Shown in pieces: positions 1 to 13,489 of a DNA stretch of 64,000 bases (its first letter is position 1; each line of letters starts with the position of its first letter). The notes under the pieces are model-generated. The model was not told where the DNA came from. It saw nothing but the letters and a program-made list of their open reading frames with translations, and ran no database searches. This DNA is from Octopus vulgaris (taxonomy: Eukaryota). Both the position numbers and the translations under genes were made by a program. The DNA is taken from NCBI GenBank assembly GCA_951406725.2, contig OX597814.1, positions 181,908,001 to 181,972,000 of the forward strand. Direction: 5' to 3'.

Positions 1-229
1 TGGACAAGTTGTTCTAGATATATTATGTCAGAATAAAAGATAGTTGGTCATGTCTTGATGGCTTCATATATATATATATATAATGCCTCTGATTCTCCTT
101 CTGTTGTGGAAAGACACCTGCTTCTGTCTCTTTGTCACACTCTGACCTTTCATATCCTCTGACACAAGTTTCTCTCCTCAAATGCCCTGCCCCTGTCATA
201 ATTCCTTGTCTTGGGAGTTACTTGGTTAC

Positions 230-533
230 CCTATCAGTGCTGGTGCCACATTAAAAGCATCCAGTCCACACTAATGTGGTTGGCGTTTGGAAGGGCATCA
301 AGCTGTAAAATTCCTGCGAAAACTAACCTCACCTGTGCTAGTGCCATGTAAAAAGCACTGAGTTCACTCTGTAAGTGGTTGTTGTTAAGAAGGGCATCTA
401 GCCGTAAAATCCCTGCCAAAACACACAATAGCCTTGGGTAGTTTTTCTACCTTGGCTGGCTCCCCTGTCAACCGTCCTACCCATGCATGCATGGAAGATG
501 GACATTAAATGGATGATGGAAGATGATGATGAT
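230..533 (+). mobile_element. RTE-associated element/3' UTR repeat (family B) with (GAT)n tail
   Basis: Two ggaagggcatc.agc.gtaaaa units, cccatgc...catggaa motif, gatgatgat tail. Confidence 0.75.
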
Positions 534-536
534 ATA

Positions 537-903
537 TTCTTTTATTTGTTTCAGTCATTTGACTGTGGCCATGCTGAAGCACCACCTTTAGTAGAACAAA
601 TCGACCCCAGGACTTATTCGTTGTAAGCCTAGTACTTATTCTATTGGTCTCTTTTGCCGAACTGCTAAGTTATGGGGGAGTAAACACACCAGCATCATTG
701 TCAAGCAATATTGGGGTGGGGGGACAAACAGACACACACACACAATAGGCTTCTTTCAGTTTCGGTCTACCAAATCCACTCAAGGCTTTGGTTGGCCCGA
801 AGCTATAGTAGAAGACACTTGGCCAAGATGCCACGCCATGGGACTGAACCCAGAACCATGTGGTTGGTAAGCAAGCTACTTACCACACAGCCACTCCTGT
901 GCC
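537..903 (-). mobile_element. tRNA-derived SINE (family A)
   Basis: Reverse complement of the copies at 50296 and 51021; A/B-box head (tggtaagtagc, ggttcagtccc) and atgactgaaac tail. Confidence 0.85.
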
Positions 904-2311
904 TATATATATACATATATAGAAAATATTTGATCAGGATTGATCTACAGCTAAAGTGGCATAAACTGTGCAAGTAACACACTTGTTTGCTTTTCTTGGA
1001 TGTTAAAGTTTTTCAGTCAAACAGTCTGAAGTAGCTAATTTAGAACGTATTAACACATTTTACGTTAGACACAAGAAGCAAGTCTACTGACAGGATTCTA
1101 CCCACAAATCGTTGGCCCTGTTTCTCTATTCGACCTCAAATAAGTTGGCGGTGAGGAGAATGAACTGATAGTAAACTAAATTTCCAAGAAGGAAGAATTG
1201 GGCATAATGTTTTATGTGATGTGTTGGAAGTGAAATAATAAGGGGGAAAGAAGATATTCTGCTGTGGGGAGAGAGGAGTTTTTATATAACATGCGTGAAA
1301 AGAAAACAGTATAGAAATGAAAAGGATCCCTGTATAAAATATGAGATTGCTAATTTTTTCTTTTGCATGTAGTTTTTTTTTATTAAAATTTTTTTTCTAG
1401 TTGAGCTATGAAGTTGTTGATGTAGAGAAATAAAATGACAGTTGAATTGTTAGCTGGGTAGTGAAAGAAAGCTTCTCAATGTGATATAGTTTGCAATATA
1501 TTAGTAGCCTCTGTCTGGTGCTTAGTGATTGAGTTTTTTTTTTCATTCCCATGACGTTAAGACATGGTGAAGTCAAGGGCAACAACTTTGGCTTTATCAA
1601 AGTTCTCAAAAGTGATCAACTGCAAGTATATGAGATTATAGGAAAGGATTTCTTTAAATAATTTGGTTTTGATGGTAACCAAGCTGGATAATGAAACTCA
1701 ATAATACTCATTTTTAAGAATATTAGTCTTTACTCTTTCTTGTTGATCTTTTGAAGTTTGAATTAATTTTAATATCTACACTCCGGTTGTAGAGCAAGCT
1801 AATTTTTCTTTCTGTTGAAAATGCATAATGGAATTAGGATCATTAGCTAATATAGTAGCTCTAAGACCTCATAACATTTTAAATGTTAGAGAAATATATG
1901 ATTCAAGTTGATAAATATAATTGTACTTTGATATTCAAGGTATATAAGTTATTAATGGACTTGTATTAAAAATAAGCTTTGGATATGATTGATTTTTTAA
2001 AAATGGATCTTACAATTATATAATTTAAAAATTCAATTTTTATTTTGTAAAGACTTGCAGTCTGCTAAGATAAGACAAGCAAAAAAACAAATTTTGATCT
2101 TTTGTGATCTGTATTGTTAATAGTATTTAAAGCATCTTCAGTTAAATTTTATTTATAATAACTTTGTTGTGTTTCTTTTAAATTTAGTTAAAAGTTATGT
2201 TATTTAAATTAAAAAGGAGTAATTTTCTTTTTTTTTCACTGGACATATGGCTAGTTGCTTTGTGGGAAAAGAATTTAGTTTTTTAATGATAGAAATTTTT
2301 AGTCTTTTTAA

Positions 2312-2534
2312 CCCTTTAGCATTTAAACCAACAATATTTGGTCCAAATATTATTCTACCTGCTTAATGTTAAAGCTGATCAGATTTGGCCTCTGACACTA
2401 TCCCTACAATATCATTTTAAAAATATACATTCACATATCAAAATCTCAAAGCTACAAGATAAATACATGATTAATTCAAAGCCATGTGAATAAATTACAA
2501 TTACATTTGAGAGAGTAATCTAAATGCTAAATGG
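2312..2534. mobile_element. TTAA-flanked MITE (piggyBac-like)
   Basis: TTAA|CCCTTTAGCATTTA ... TAAATGCTAAATGG|TTAA; partial copy near 38850-38970. Confidence 0.75.
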
Positions 2535-3809
2535 TTAAACCATATTCTTATAGTTATATTGGCACTTCGTAATTAAAAAAAAAATATATTTTTGTGTTGT
2601 CTGCTTTTATAAATAGTTTTTCTTATAATCTAATGTTTGTTTATTCATATTATGAAAACAATTATTCCTGTAAGTAATTAAGGGCTACTCTACTTTTGTT
2701 GTAGTCTTTAAAATGGTGAAAGCTCTGGCTATATTTTTCAAATTTATGATATTCTAGTTGAGTTTAACCTAAACATTTTTGAAATTGTAGTTATCTGCGA
2801 GGTAATATTCTCAATGTGAATCCAAATCAATTTTTTATAAATTGAAAGTAAACTCACAATAAGAACCATTAGCACTAAGTTCTTATATTTTTTAATAAGA
2901 AAGTCAAGGGATAGAACTCTGGAATTTGAATTGATGCAAAATAAATGATATGTAGTGAAGAGTGAATTTGATGTATATAGAAATGCTGACAACTCTGGAT
3001 GTGGTTCACTCTCTGCTACATGAATTTTGAATCATTTTAAATTCCAGGGTTCTCTTTGCAATTTTCAACAAGAATTGTCTATAATGCTAATATTTCTACT
3101 TCACATAATGGGTTAATTTCATTTTCTTTTTGGCTCACTATATTATGTTAGCCTCAACTACATTTTTTTTTCATGCTGGTGAAAATTCTGCATTCAACAA
3201 ATTGATTTTTGAACAATTAAATTATATATCATAAATGCTTCAGTGATGTTGCAGAATAGTGAATGCTTCAAACTATGTGTAATGGAATTATGCACTAAAT
3301 ATACTAATACAGCTACTAACAGTATTGTCTCTTTTGTATTCATATCTAATGACTAATATAATGAAAACATAATGAAAACAATATTTATCAGATATGAAAT
3401 AGCATGAGTTTTTATTCATACTGTCTTGCTCCTTACATAAGGCATAAAAAAAGACAAAAACTAAAATAAAAAATGCCTCTTCAATTTTCATGAAATCTGT
3501 TTAATTACATCAGTATTCTACATTGAAAAAGTTTTATACAATTAAAGGCAATTGAAACGTGGAAAATAACTCCATTACATTGTAACTTCTGGCATTCTCT
3601 TTAATAATTAGATTAGCAATGTTACTATTAACTACAAAGATAATGGCAATGCATTAAAAATAGACTTAAGCCAATGGATGAAGATGGTCAAGTAGACTTA
3701 AACAATGGATGGAGGTGGTCTATATAGTAAAGCTAATGCAAGATATGGCTGAGATGAATAAAAGGTAGTACTAGTATCATAGGCCTTCTTTTTCTGCTGT
3801 GATACCTGT

Positions 3810-4360
3810 ATGAGAAATAATAGGCCCCACTCTAATCCACCAATAACAAATTTATATTCAATGAAAAAACAAAAGGCATCATATTGTCATTGTGTGATCT
3901 TATGGCAGTATGATATATGTGTGAATGATAAGTTCAGATCCGGTTACATTTCAAGGACTCATGATAGTAAGCATTTAAGAAACAAGAACAGAAAACTAAA
4001 ACTCTGGAGAAGGACTTGGACGAACATCCTTAATAGTGAACAAATGACATGATTGCACTGGTATACTTGATATGGTCTGTTAGAGATGATAGACGGAATT
4101 TGGGGAATAAAAAGATTTTCTCTATAAATAACAGGAAGTATGGTGTGTATGTTAATTACGTGATGATGAATTAAATAGGAAAATGTAAACAGAAGACCAG
4201 CAGTAAGCAAAATTATATTTGTAATTTATTGGACAATAATTTGTGTAATTAAATGAAGGTGTGTATAGAAAATGGTTGTTAATTACTTGGTGTTGTAAAA
4301 TAAAACCAATTTTAAGGAGAGCAGAGTAAGCTAATGAAAATGTTGACGCTGTAATGACAC
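3810..4360 (+). mobile_element. Degraded LTR-retrotransposon (Gypsy-like) RT-RNase H relic
   Basis: SNPPI..., ASY...VILWQ, GYISRT and NENVDA resemble the DAS..G.VLLQ, AY.SR.L and N..ADAL motifs; many stops. Confidence 0.45.
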
Positions 4361-4662
4361 TGGAAGCCAATTAAACATGTTGTACATGCCCATCTAACTT
4401 CTACTATAAGTATAAATACACACTAAGAGGAGAGTTATAATAAATTTAACTAGAAAATAGTTATGAAAATATTTCTAAATATAACTTATTAAGCCTCAAT
4501 TTTATTGAGGCTTATTAAAAAGGTTTGCCTAAGATAAGAAATCAAGAGATAAAGCAGTAGTAACAATAAGTGAAAGATGAAGCAAAGCAAACTTGCAGAA
4601 AAAGACCTAATAAAAGTTAATGTATTAAAATAAGTTGCTTTAATAAAATCACAATTGAATAG

Positions 4663-4697
<35 letters not shown>

Positions 4698-5114
4698 TAT
4701 ATAGTTATTGCTAAAAAGTTTATATGTAAATTCAGAAAATAGATTTTCTTTAATTATTTGTATATCACAAAATTTCCTCTTCGTAATATAAAAATAATGA
4801 CAATTAAAATGCTAATGTATAATTTAAGGATACAAATTAACATGATTAAAAACATTTGTTCTTTTATGCGTGAAACTGTAAGATGAGTTCCCTGTAAGGT
4901 AGTGAAACAGACATTCGATATGAATTTAATATTTTGTTTAACTTATTAAATTAATTGATTGTTTTTAAATTTATTAATTTAAAATAACAATTTAACCAAA
5001 TTAGTATTCTAATTGAAAGTAGTATGTTATTTATTTTCACTAAACTGTTTTTAATTTGTTTATAGCCTAACCAGTTTTTCTGTTCTTTCAGTTGGGCAGT
5101 CAAATAGTGCTCGG

Positions 5115-6024
5115 ATGTCATCTACGAAAGTGTCACCTCTTCATGTCAGCCTAAATGCCAACCTTGTGGAGCATAGTGGCTTTTCTGACAATAATTCTGA
5201 TGGTAATAGTGAATTTGAAGAAGCTTTAAAAAATATAAAAGCTTTAAATGGTCAAGGCCGATATACTGACACTCCTGAAAATGAAGCTATTGAGAAAAAT
5301 GTAGATAGCAATTTTGGAATAAAACCAGATAAGAAAAGCAGTTCTACTACTAATATAAACAAAAATACAAGTGAATCTCAAAAACAATCTGATGATCAAA
5401 ATCTAGATGAATCGGTATCACAGGAAAACAATAACAGTAACTCTAGCCATATGAACTTATCACCCATTGATACCACTCAAACGAGTCCTTTGTCAGAAAA
5501 TGATGACAATCCTGAAAATTTAGATGATGTTAAAAATAATTGTGATAAATCTAAAACATCAAAAAATGAAGCATCTGACAATGAGGAAACAGAAGTAAAC
5601 TTCAATCATTTAAACTCTTTGAATGTTTCTTCTGATAAAAAGAATTGTAATGATAATGAAAGCCATTCTGAGAAGAAGAATTTTGTTGGTAATGGAGACT
5701 ATTCTGGGTCTGATGTTAAAGAATTTGTATCCTCTTATGGTTTGGATGAAAAAATAAAAGATTCATTCAAATATTTTTCAGAAAAGAACTCAAATTCAGC
5801 ATTAAGTAAAATGCTTTTAAAAAAGAAGGATGACAGTAATGTTCAAAATGTAACATCAACAAGTGATTCCCAATCTTCTTCCAAATCAAACAAAACCAGT
5901 TCCTCACGTGGAAATTTATTTGAAAACTTTGGGACTATTGCTTCAACTAATCATAAAGATGATAAGGAAGATGAGAAGATAAAAGGAATTGATGAATATA
6001 TTTCTAAGAGTAACGGGCAAGTTG
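5115..6024 (+). CDS. ATF7IP: ATF7IP/MCAF1 homologue, coding exon 1 (acidic, Ser/Asn-rich disordered N-terminus)
   Basis: Acceptor ctttcag ends 5091; ATG at 5115; long open frame; donor G|gtaagt after 6024 (phase 1) joins in frame to 18446. Confidence 0.8.
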
Positions 6025-6830
6025 GTAAGTTTACCTCAGTACCACCCTTTTTTTTTTCTTTCTTAGCTATTTTGACATTAGCCCCCATGTACATATTTTT
6101 CACTCATGGGTATAAATTGATACTAGCATTGTATAAGCCCAATATATACTAACCTAATTTTTTTGTGGTGATCAAGATTTTTTCCATTAGCAAGAAATTA
6201 GAATTTAATGATTAGAACTTGTGCTAGTTCAGAGAATCTAAGAATACTATAAAATCATCCAGAATATTTGATAGTCATATAGTCTTTTAAGTTCAGACAG
6301 AAACAGTTTACAAACATGCGTATGGATTTTAGCCGTCATTTAAAAACAAAACTAAATGAGATTTCTTTGATATTCCATATATATCTTCATCTTTGAAAAT
6401 GTAATGCTTGGTGCGAAACTCTTGTTCAGCTGCCTTTCAGTTTTTACTTGATTTACTTTTAGGTATTTTCATTTTTTCAAATTAACTCATTCATATTTGT
6501 AGATTGTTTTATATAAACAGTTCATAACTATCTTCATCATCTATAAGTACATTGTATTCCTTGTTTGGTTGAATTAATATTTAGAGTTTCATTCAGTTTT
6601 TTTTTTTTTTATGCTATGACATCATTAAGTCTTATGAATAATTAAGAAAGTATTTTAGGTACACTTTTTGTCTTTTATGCCTATTTAGAATATTAAAATT
6701 ATTGATAAAACAAGCATTTCAGTTAGTAAAATTATGTTCATGAAACCTAAATACTGGTCTTAAATCCTATCTAAATAATTATTATAATTATTGTTGCTTT
6801 AGTGAGAATAAAACTCATGCAATGTCCCTA

Positions 6831-7794
6831 GTCACTTCAATATGGCTGTCCATTTGAATGGACTTTACTGCAATTATTTAAACCCAAGAGGACATCTCTA
6901 GCTGGTTAATGATGCACAGCTGTGTCCAATATATTGTGAGCAGGGAAGTGAATCCCTACCATCCTCTAGCAGTGGGACCAGTAGGCCAACCTGGTTTCAT
7001 GCTATTTCTGCCTCTCTTCAGTACTGGACACCTCATCTGCTAGAGATGGCAATAGCTTGCTTCTGCTTGCAATATATATAAATTTACGCGATAAACAGTT
7101 GCTTATTTTGCAACCGGCAAGAATGCTAGTTCTAAAATCTCTCTGAGAGATCATCGCAGTAGTTGTACTAACAAGTTATGTTTGCAGCCACTTCAACATA
7201 GCTGTCTGTTCGAATGGAGGTAGAAATAGCCCAAAACCAGGCTGGTCTACTGGTCCTTTCATTAGAAAGTGGTAGGAGTTCGCTCCCCTGCTCACACTAT
7301 ATTGAAAGCAGCTGTGCCTTGTTAACCAACTAGAGATGTCCTCTTGGGATTAAAAAAATCACAGTAAAGTCTGTTCAAATGGACAGCCATGTTGAAGTGG
7401 CTATGAACATTACTTGTTAGTACAACTACTGTGTTGATCTCTTAGATTTTAAAACTAGCAATTTTGCTTGTTGCAAAATCAGTGACTGTGTTGCATGAAT
7501 TTATGTATGCAGTGAGCTACTGCCATCTCTAGCAGACGAAATGTCCAGTTCTGAAGAGGAGCAGAAATAGCCTGAAACCAGGCTGGTCTGCTGGTCACAT
7601 CGCTAGAAGGGCTTTGCTTCCTTGTTCACAATATATTGGATGCATCGTTAACCAGCTAGAGATGTCCTCTTGGGGTTAAAATCTATTCGAATGGACAGCC
7701 ATGTCGAAGTGGCTACAAACATTACTTGTTAGTACAACTACAGTGTTGATCTCTTAGAAAGATTTTAGAACTAGCATTTTTGCTTGTTGCAAAA
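6831..7794. repeat. ~350-bp tandem repeat with an internal orientation switch at ~7217
   Basis: g.cacttcaa at 6831 and 7187 (forward); reverse-complement units follow, with gaaatagc at 7224 and 7565. Confidence 0.85.
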
Positions 7795-9149
7795 CTTATG
7801 TACTTTACAACTTAACCCAACTTATAAGATTTATTGCCCTTAATTTAGGCTCTATTACATGTTCTTGAAAATGTCAAAGATTCTGTCAGATATAGCTAGA
7901 TGAAGAATATTCTATGAATTGTAGAAAGGAATTGTGTGAGAGAGAGGGAGAAAGAGAGCTCTGGGTGTGTGTTTTCAACTTTTTATAAATCTGATAAATT
8001 AAGGAAAATAGTTTTAAAATCTTATTTAGTTTCTTAATAGAGCATGTTTTTATTGTATTTTGAAAAAGTAACAGTACAGCCACCACCTTCATCATTGTTT
8101 ATTTTACATTACTTTAAGATGTAAATATTGTGTTTTGATTATATAAGGGAAGCTTGTCTGTAAGGTGTGCTATACTCAGATTTTCCTTTTTTTTTTTTTT
8201 TTTGCATTAAATTGTGTTAAACTCGTTTATCCAAGTTACATTCTTAATTTTCTTGCCGTATCTCTGCTTTAGTTTGTGTTATCTCCCTCTGTTTATTTCT
8301 TCTGTAACTATTATGTAATCAACATTTATTTTATGTCTGACAGTTTTATATTCATTTTGCACAAGTGTATTGTAAAATTTATGATTTATATTTTGCATCT
8401 AATCATCAACAATTTATGCTACTAAATGTCTGATTTACTTTACAATGAGTACATTATATATATATATAGCACTCTACACTTTATAAGGTGATTAGTAGAT
8501 TAACATAGACAACTATAAGGACAATTCTTTAGTCTTGCTGTTGACATGGCAACCCCTGTTGTGCTGGTGTTACAAGAAACTGCAGCCAGAGGATTATGTA
8601 AAGTGATTGACCAATAAGAATGACAACCAATTTTGGAAAACTTGTTAAAAATGGAGTATAAGAAGTGAGATGTCCCAAAAATTTTAAGTTTAAAATTTAA
8701 AAAGGTTGAACATCAAAAGCAGCATAAATCACTTTTAAAATAAATAAACTCAATTTGATTCATAACTGTTCTTTATTTATAAAATTTTAGTGAATGCACC
8801 ATGAAAGATTAAAATGAAATTATATTCAAGAATATTGGAAAGTTTATCTCTACAAAATTTATTGCAGAAACATTGTATCTTTTGAATGGTGGTTTAAAAA
8901 TCCAGATTAAAAATTTACTAACATTTTGTTTTTAGATAGATTTGTTTCTACTAGATCCTTCTTTACAGACACCATTAGTTATCTTCAAATTAGAATCTGT
9001 GAAATTGAAAATTTTAATGTATTGTATTATTATATTTAGTTTGAATCAATTCATTTTCACTGACTCTGACTCCACATCTGTGATGATGACAATAAAAGTT
9101 CTGTCAGTGTAACCTGAATAAGGTTAGAGTGGGAAAGCTTGTGGAGCTA

Positions 9150-9560
9150 TTAGTTCTGCTGGCAACATAGGGAAGTGTTGATGCCACAAAGCTTGGAGAG
9201 AAATGAAGCAAGCATGCTCTATTGGAATGTTAATATGCATGAAAGATATGGTCGAGGTAAATTGGGTATAAGAGGAATCAAATGTAATGTGCAAGAATGA
9301 AGACTGCATTTGTATAGGCATGTGTGTTAATGGAGGATAACCTATAGACAAAAAATTACCAGGAGATTCAAGTGGAAGAAAATGTGGAAAAGGAAGACTG
9401 AGAATGACATTAGTGGAAGTGGTAAAAACGGATATCAGGATGCTGAACCTCACAAAGATGATTAAAGTGGACAATAGTGGTAAGATGCTGTGTTGACAAA
9501 GATCCATCTAACCCATGCAAACGTAGGAAAATGGACAAAACAACGACTGATGGTGGTGGC
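9150..9560 (+). mobile_element. Degraded RTE LINE 3' end
   Basis: Similar to 11170-11500 and 13490-13870 (GRLRMTLVEVVKTDIRMLNL). Confidence 0.6.
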
Positions 9561-10364
9561 AGTGGCGATTCTGCTATTGCTGTTGCTCAATTTACTTTGG
9601 TTGCATTCTTGCTTTCAATTAATGAAATGTGACTATAAGTTTTAGTTTTCTATGTCACCCCCCCCCCCATAATGTAAATAGGAAATGGTTAGCTCATTTT
9701 CAATTACATGCAAAGCAAGATGAATATCAAACAGTTTAAATACATATATTATTCCTAAGAATGTATATATTTTTCTGGTCATTTATTTGCTGAAAAAGTA
9801 AAAAAATTGTTATTCAAGTTTAATATATGGGAAGTGTCAAATCAAAAGTATTTCTATTAATATGCCTATTAACAGAATAATTAGAATTGACCTTGTTACT
9901 AACCAATTACAAATACCAAACTAAAGAAGAAGAAATAACACCCATTTTACCATGCCAGAATGGATTGACAGAAAGTTATTGCCTGCACTAACACATGCAC
10001 ATGTGCACCAAACATGTGTATTCAGAAGGTGAAAATTTCAGGTTTGAATGGATTCTCAAGTTATAGCAAATTAGATATCATCAAGAATTTGAGAAAATTT
10101 CCGTACATGTAAGGGCATAGAAAGATTAATACTGAATCATCGTAATTGTTTATTGTCTTCTTTTTCCATACTTTTATGAGTTGGATACAATTCCTGTTAT
10201 TTGTTAGGGTTAAAGTTATACATTAAATAACCAATATATACAAAACCACTGTCATTGTCAACATACTATCTTCAAGATAGCATGTTAGCACTAGTATTTT
10301 ATATATGCATGTGTGTATTTACCCCCCACACACACACACACAGAGGCACACATTGATCTGGAGA

Positions 10365-11510
10365 TTGTTTTTGACAAGGTCCCTTTCACTGTAATTTGCT
10401 TTCTCTAAGGAAAGTAGTAGATGAAAAGCTCATGAAGGCTGTACAAGCTATGTACAAAGGGGCAGTCAGCAAGGTGAGATCTATCAATGAGTTTAGTTTG
10501 TAGGTGTGGGTATACCAGAGCTCATTTTTCAGCCCTTTTCTATTTATTATAGCACTCCATGCCAGAATAGAGGAATTTTAGAAGAACTATCTTTGGGAAC
10601 TTACAGCTGATGACTTGGCACTTATTGCAAAATCAGTAGAACTGAAGCTGAAGTTCCAGACACAGAAGCAAAATCTGAAAATGAAAAATGTTAAAGTAAA
10701 TTTAGTGAAAACGAAAGTTTTAGTTAATATTAAGGATGGTAGAACCTTTATAGACTCAGGGAAAGGTTTGTGCTCTTCCAACAGAAAAGGAGTTGGTAAA
10801 AATTCTGAAAGATATGCCCAGTGTAATGGAAGCATGAAGGGTGTAGTGTAATCAAAAATGGCCTAGCAGTAAAGGTAGATTTCATATGGTGCAGTGATCA
10901 ATAAGAGAACCTAGGAAATAGATTCTCTTAAATACCTAGCTGGCTCTCTAAAAGCAGCTGTTAATTTTCACTACCTAGTGATCAGATTAGTGAGCGTGGA
11001 TATTCTGAAGGTGTGGTAGCCAGAATAAGAAGATAATGGGGAATATTAGAGGAGCTATTAATTCTGCTGGCAGCAAAAGGCTTATCCCTCAAGATGAAGG
11101 GCAGATTGTATGATGTTTGTGTGCTAAGTGTACTGCTATGTAGTTGTGAGATATGAACCTTGAGTGAGGAATGAATGCAAAAGTTTAGAAGAAATGGGGC
11201 AAACATGGTTTGCTGAATGTGCCATGTTAATGTGCATAAACAGCAAAGTGTAAATAAACTGAGGGACAAACTTGGTCTAAGAGGAATCAGAGAGGATTCT
11301 GCAAGAGAGGAAACTAGACATGTAATAAGAATGGAAGAGATTACAGCTGCATGAGCAAGTACTGAAAGGTACCTGTGGAAGAGAGAGATTGCAGAAGACT
11401 TGGTATGAGATGGTGAAAAATGATATGAAGATATTACATCTGAAGGAGATGAGAGAAGATTGTGTCATCTGGCAATTAGTAGTGCTACAGAAGACCCAGT
11501 CTCATGCACA
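10365..11510 (+). mobile_element. RTE-clade LINE reverse transcriptase relic
   Basis: FDKVP, AVQAMYKGAVSKVR, SPFLFII, ADDLALIA, F.YL.D.I motifs across broken frames. Confidence 0.85.
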
Positions 11511-11600
11511 AATATAGTGCACACATCCCTCTGCACATTTTCTTCTTTCATTCGTTCTATACCCTTATGGTGGAACATGAGGGTATAGAACGGATGAAAT

Positions 11601-12643
11601 ATAATACCAAAAAAAAAAAATAACCTAATGAGTATATCTGAAAGTAAACTCATGGTATCCATTTGCACATCACGAAATAATACTTAACAGACATAACCAT
11701 TATACCAGCAGGGTATATACTATACTTCCTTAATTATCGCCAACTTTAGTTAACACTAAATTAATTAAATATGAAGGAACTATATGTGTTTCAGTATTGG
11801 AACATTATAATATATATACATACACACATCTATTCTCCTAACTGGTGTGCCTATTCTGCACACTCTCATCTGCCAATCATTTCTTTTACTCACCATGATA
11901 TGCTTCCCATAACTGAGAGTAGGAACAGGAGGTACTTGATTTGTGTATATTGAATATCTCCTGTCCCCATACCAATGCCACCTATAACCTGTTATTACTC
12001 TTTCCTCCAGAATCATGATGCTTGTGTGAGGAAGGTTTGCATTCTGACAGCCTTTATCCAGCCTTCCTGATTCTCTTGGATGCACCATTCTACCCATCCG
12101 TATATAATGTGGAGCAAAATTCCACCTCCTCCAACTCAGCATCATTCCTCCTTCCCACTCTGACTCCCTCTTACAAACCCATCAGTACTTTTACCTTTCC
12201 CTCCTGTTACTGTCTTCACACATTTTATCCTAACTGAATGATATGGAGTAACACTGCATCTCCTACTCAACTCTCTCTACCACCCTATCATTCTGTTATT
12301 AACCCTAGCAAATGGGCCAATGTGTGTTGTCATGTTATTTTTATATTTATCTTGAAATGTACAAGTATCTAATAAAAGTCAATTTAGGCTTTGGGATTAA
12401 TAGATATGCGGGTATTCTATTTCAGATAATACAAAAAAACCTAATGAGTATATCTGAAAGTAAACTCATGGTATCCATTTGCACATCATGAAATAATACT
12501 TAAAGGACATAACCATTATACCAACAGGGTATATACTATACTTCCTTAATTATTTCTTATTTTAGTTAACACTAGATTAATTAAATATGAAGGAACTACA
12601 TGTGTTTCAGTATTGGAAGATTATAATATATATACATACACAC
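11601..12643. repeat. Two ~220-bp direct repeats (11601-11828, 12426-12643) flanking a minus-strand RTE endonuclease-like relic
   Basis: Shared text aacctaatgagtatatctgaaagtaaactcatgg...catacaca; the spacer on the minus strand has CIQE/FLT/FW/GGIG remnants. Confidence 0.8.
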
Positions 12644-13489
12644 AATTGTATACATATAAATATATATATGTAATCATCAGATTTACAATTGTTCCAACAC
12701 ATCTTCAGGTTCTTTTTCAAAATATTATAAATCTAATTTTACATTCCTTTAAAAGGCAATAATATTTAAGCATTAAAAATTAAATAGAAAATTATACTTT
12801 GTAATATTAAGAATTAAAATTTATAAATTATACATTATAAATATGAATTAGTATATATATATCAACCTCTTAAAGTCAAGTATATAATGTCAAAAACAAA
12901 TTATAAGATATAAAATTATACTTCAGAATAAAAATGTTTAAATGTGAAATATAACAAGAAAAATTCAACTACATATCTTCCTTTTTTGCTAGTACCAGGA
13001 TTAGTTTTCAAAATGGCGATTAGAGGAAGATAGGGAACTATGGGAGCTTATAGGTGATTAGTACCAAGCTGGGGGGGGGTAGTTACACTATGCATAGTTT
13101 AAATTTAAACTATCCTCTATTACTATCTTCAGTTTACCTTTGTGAGGAGATATTTATTATATAATTTTAGTAATACTTAATTCATTTATTTATTTAAATT
13201 ATTTATATATTTATATAGCCTATTCAAGTGCTGTAGAAATAAAATTGTGTGGATATTTTGATTCTGGGGTGGGGATTCAGTATTTCATTTTGTTGAAGAT
13301 AAAATTACTTTGGTGTCTACATTTACTCCACATTCATCATATGTGTTTAATAATTCATCTCTAGACTGTAGTAGTTTAATAAATTTTGTTAGGCATAATA
13401 AACACTTTTTATTCACAATATTATAAGAGTGGGCTCTACCTATTATACTCCAATTAAGAGTGTACTCTCTTTTTCTAGATTTTTATTCC

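Noticed and set aside
6025-6152. Hydrophobic, transmembrane-like C-terminus of the 345-aa ORF
   Set aside because: Read-through into the T-rich intron after a consensus donor at 6025
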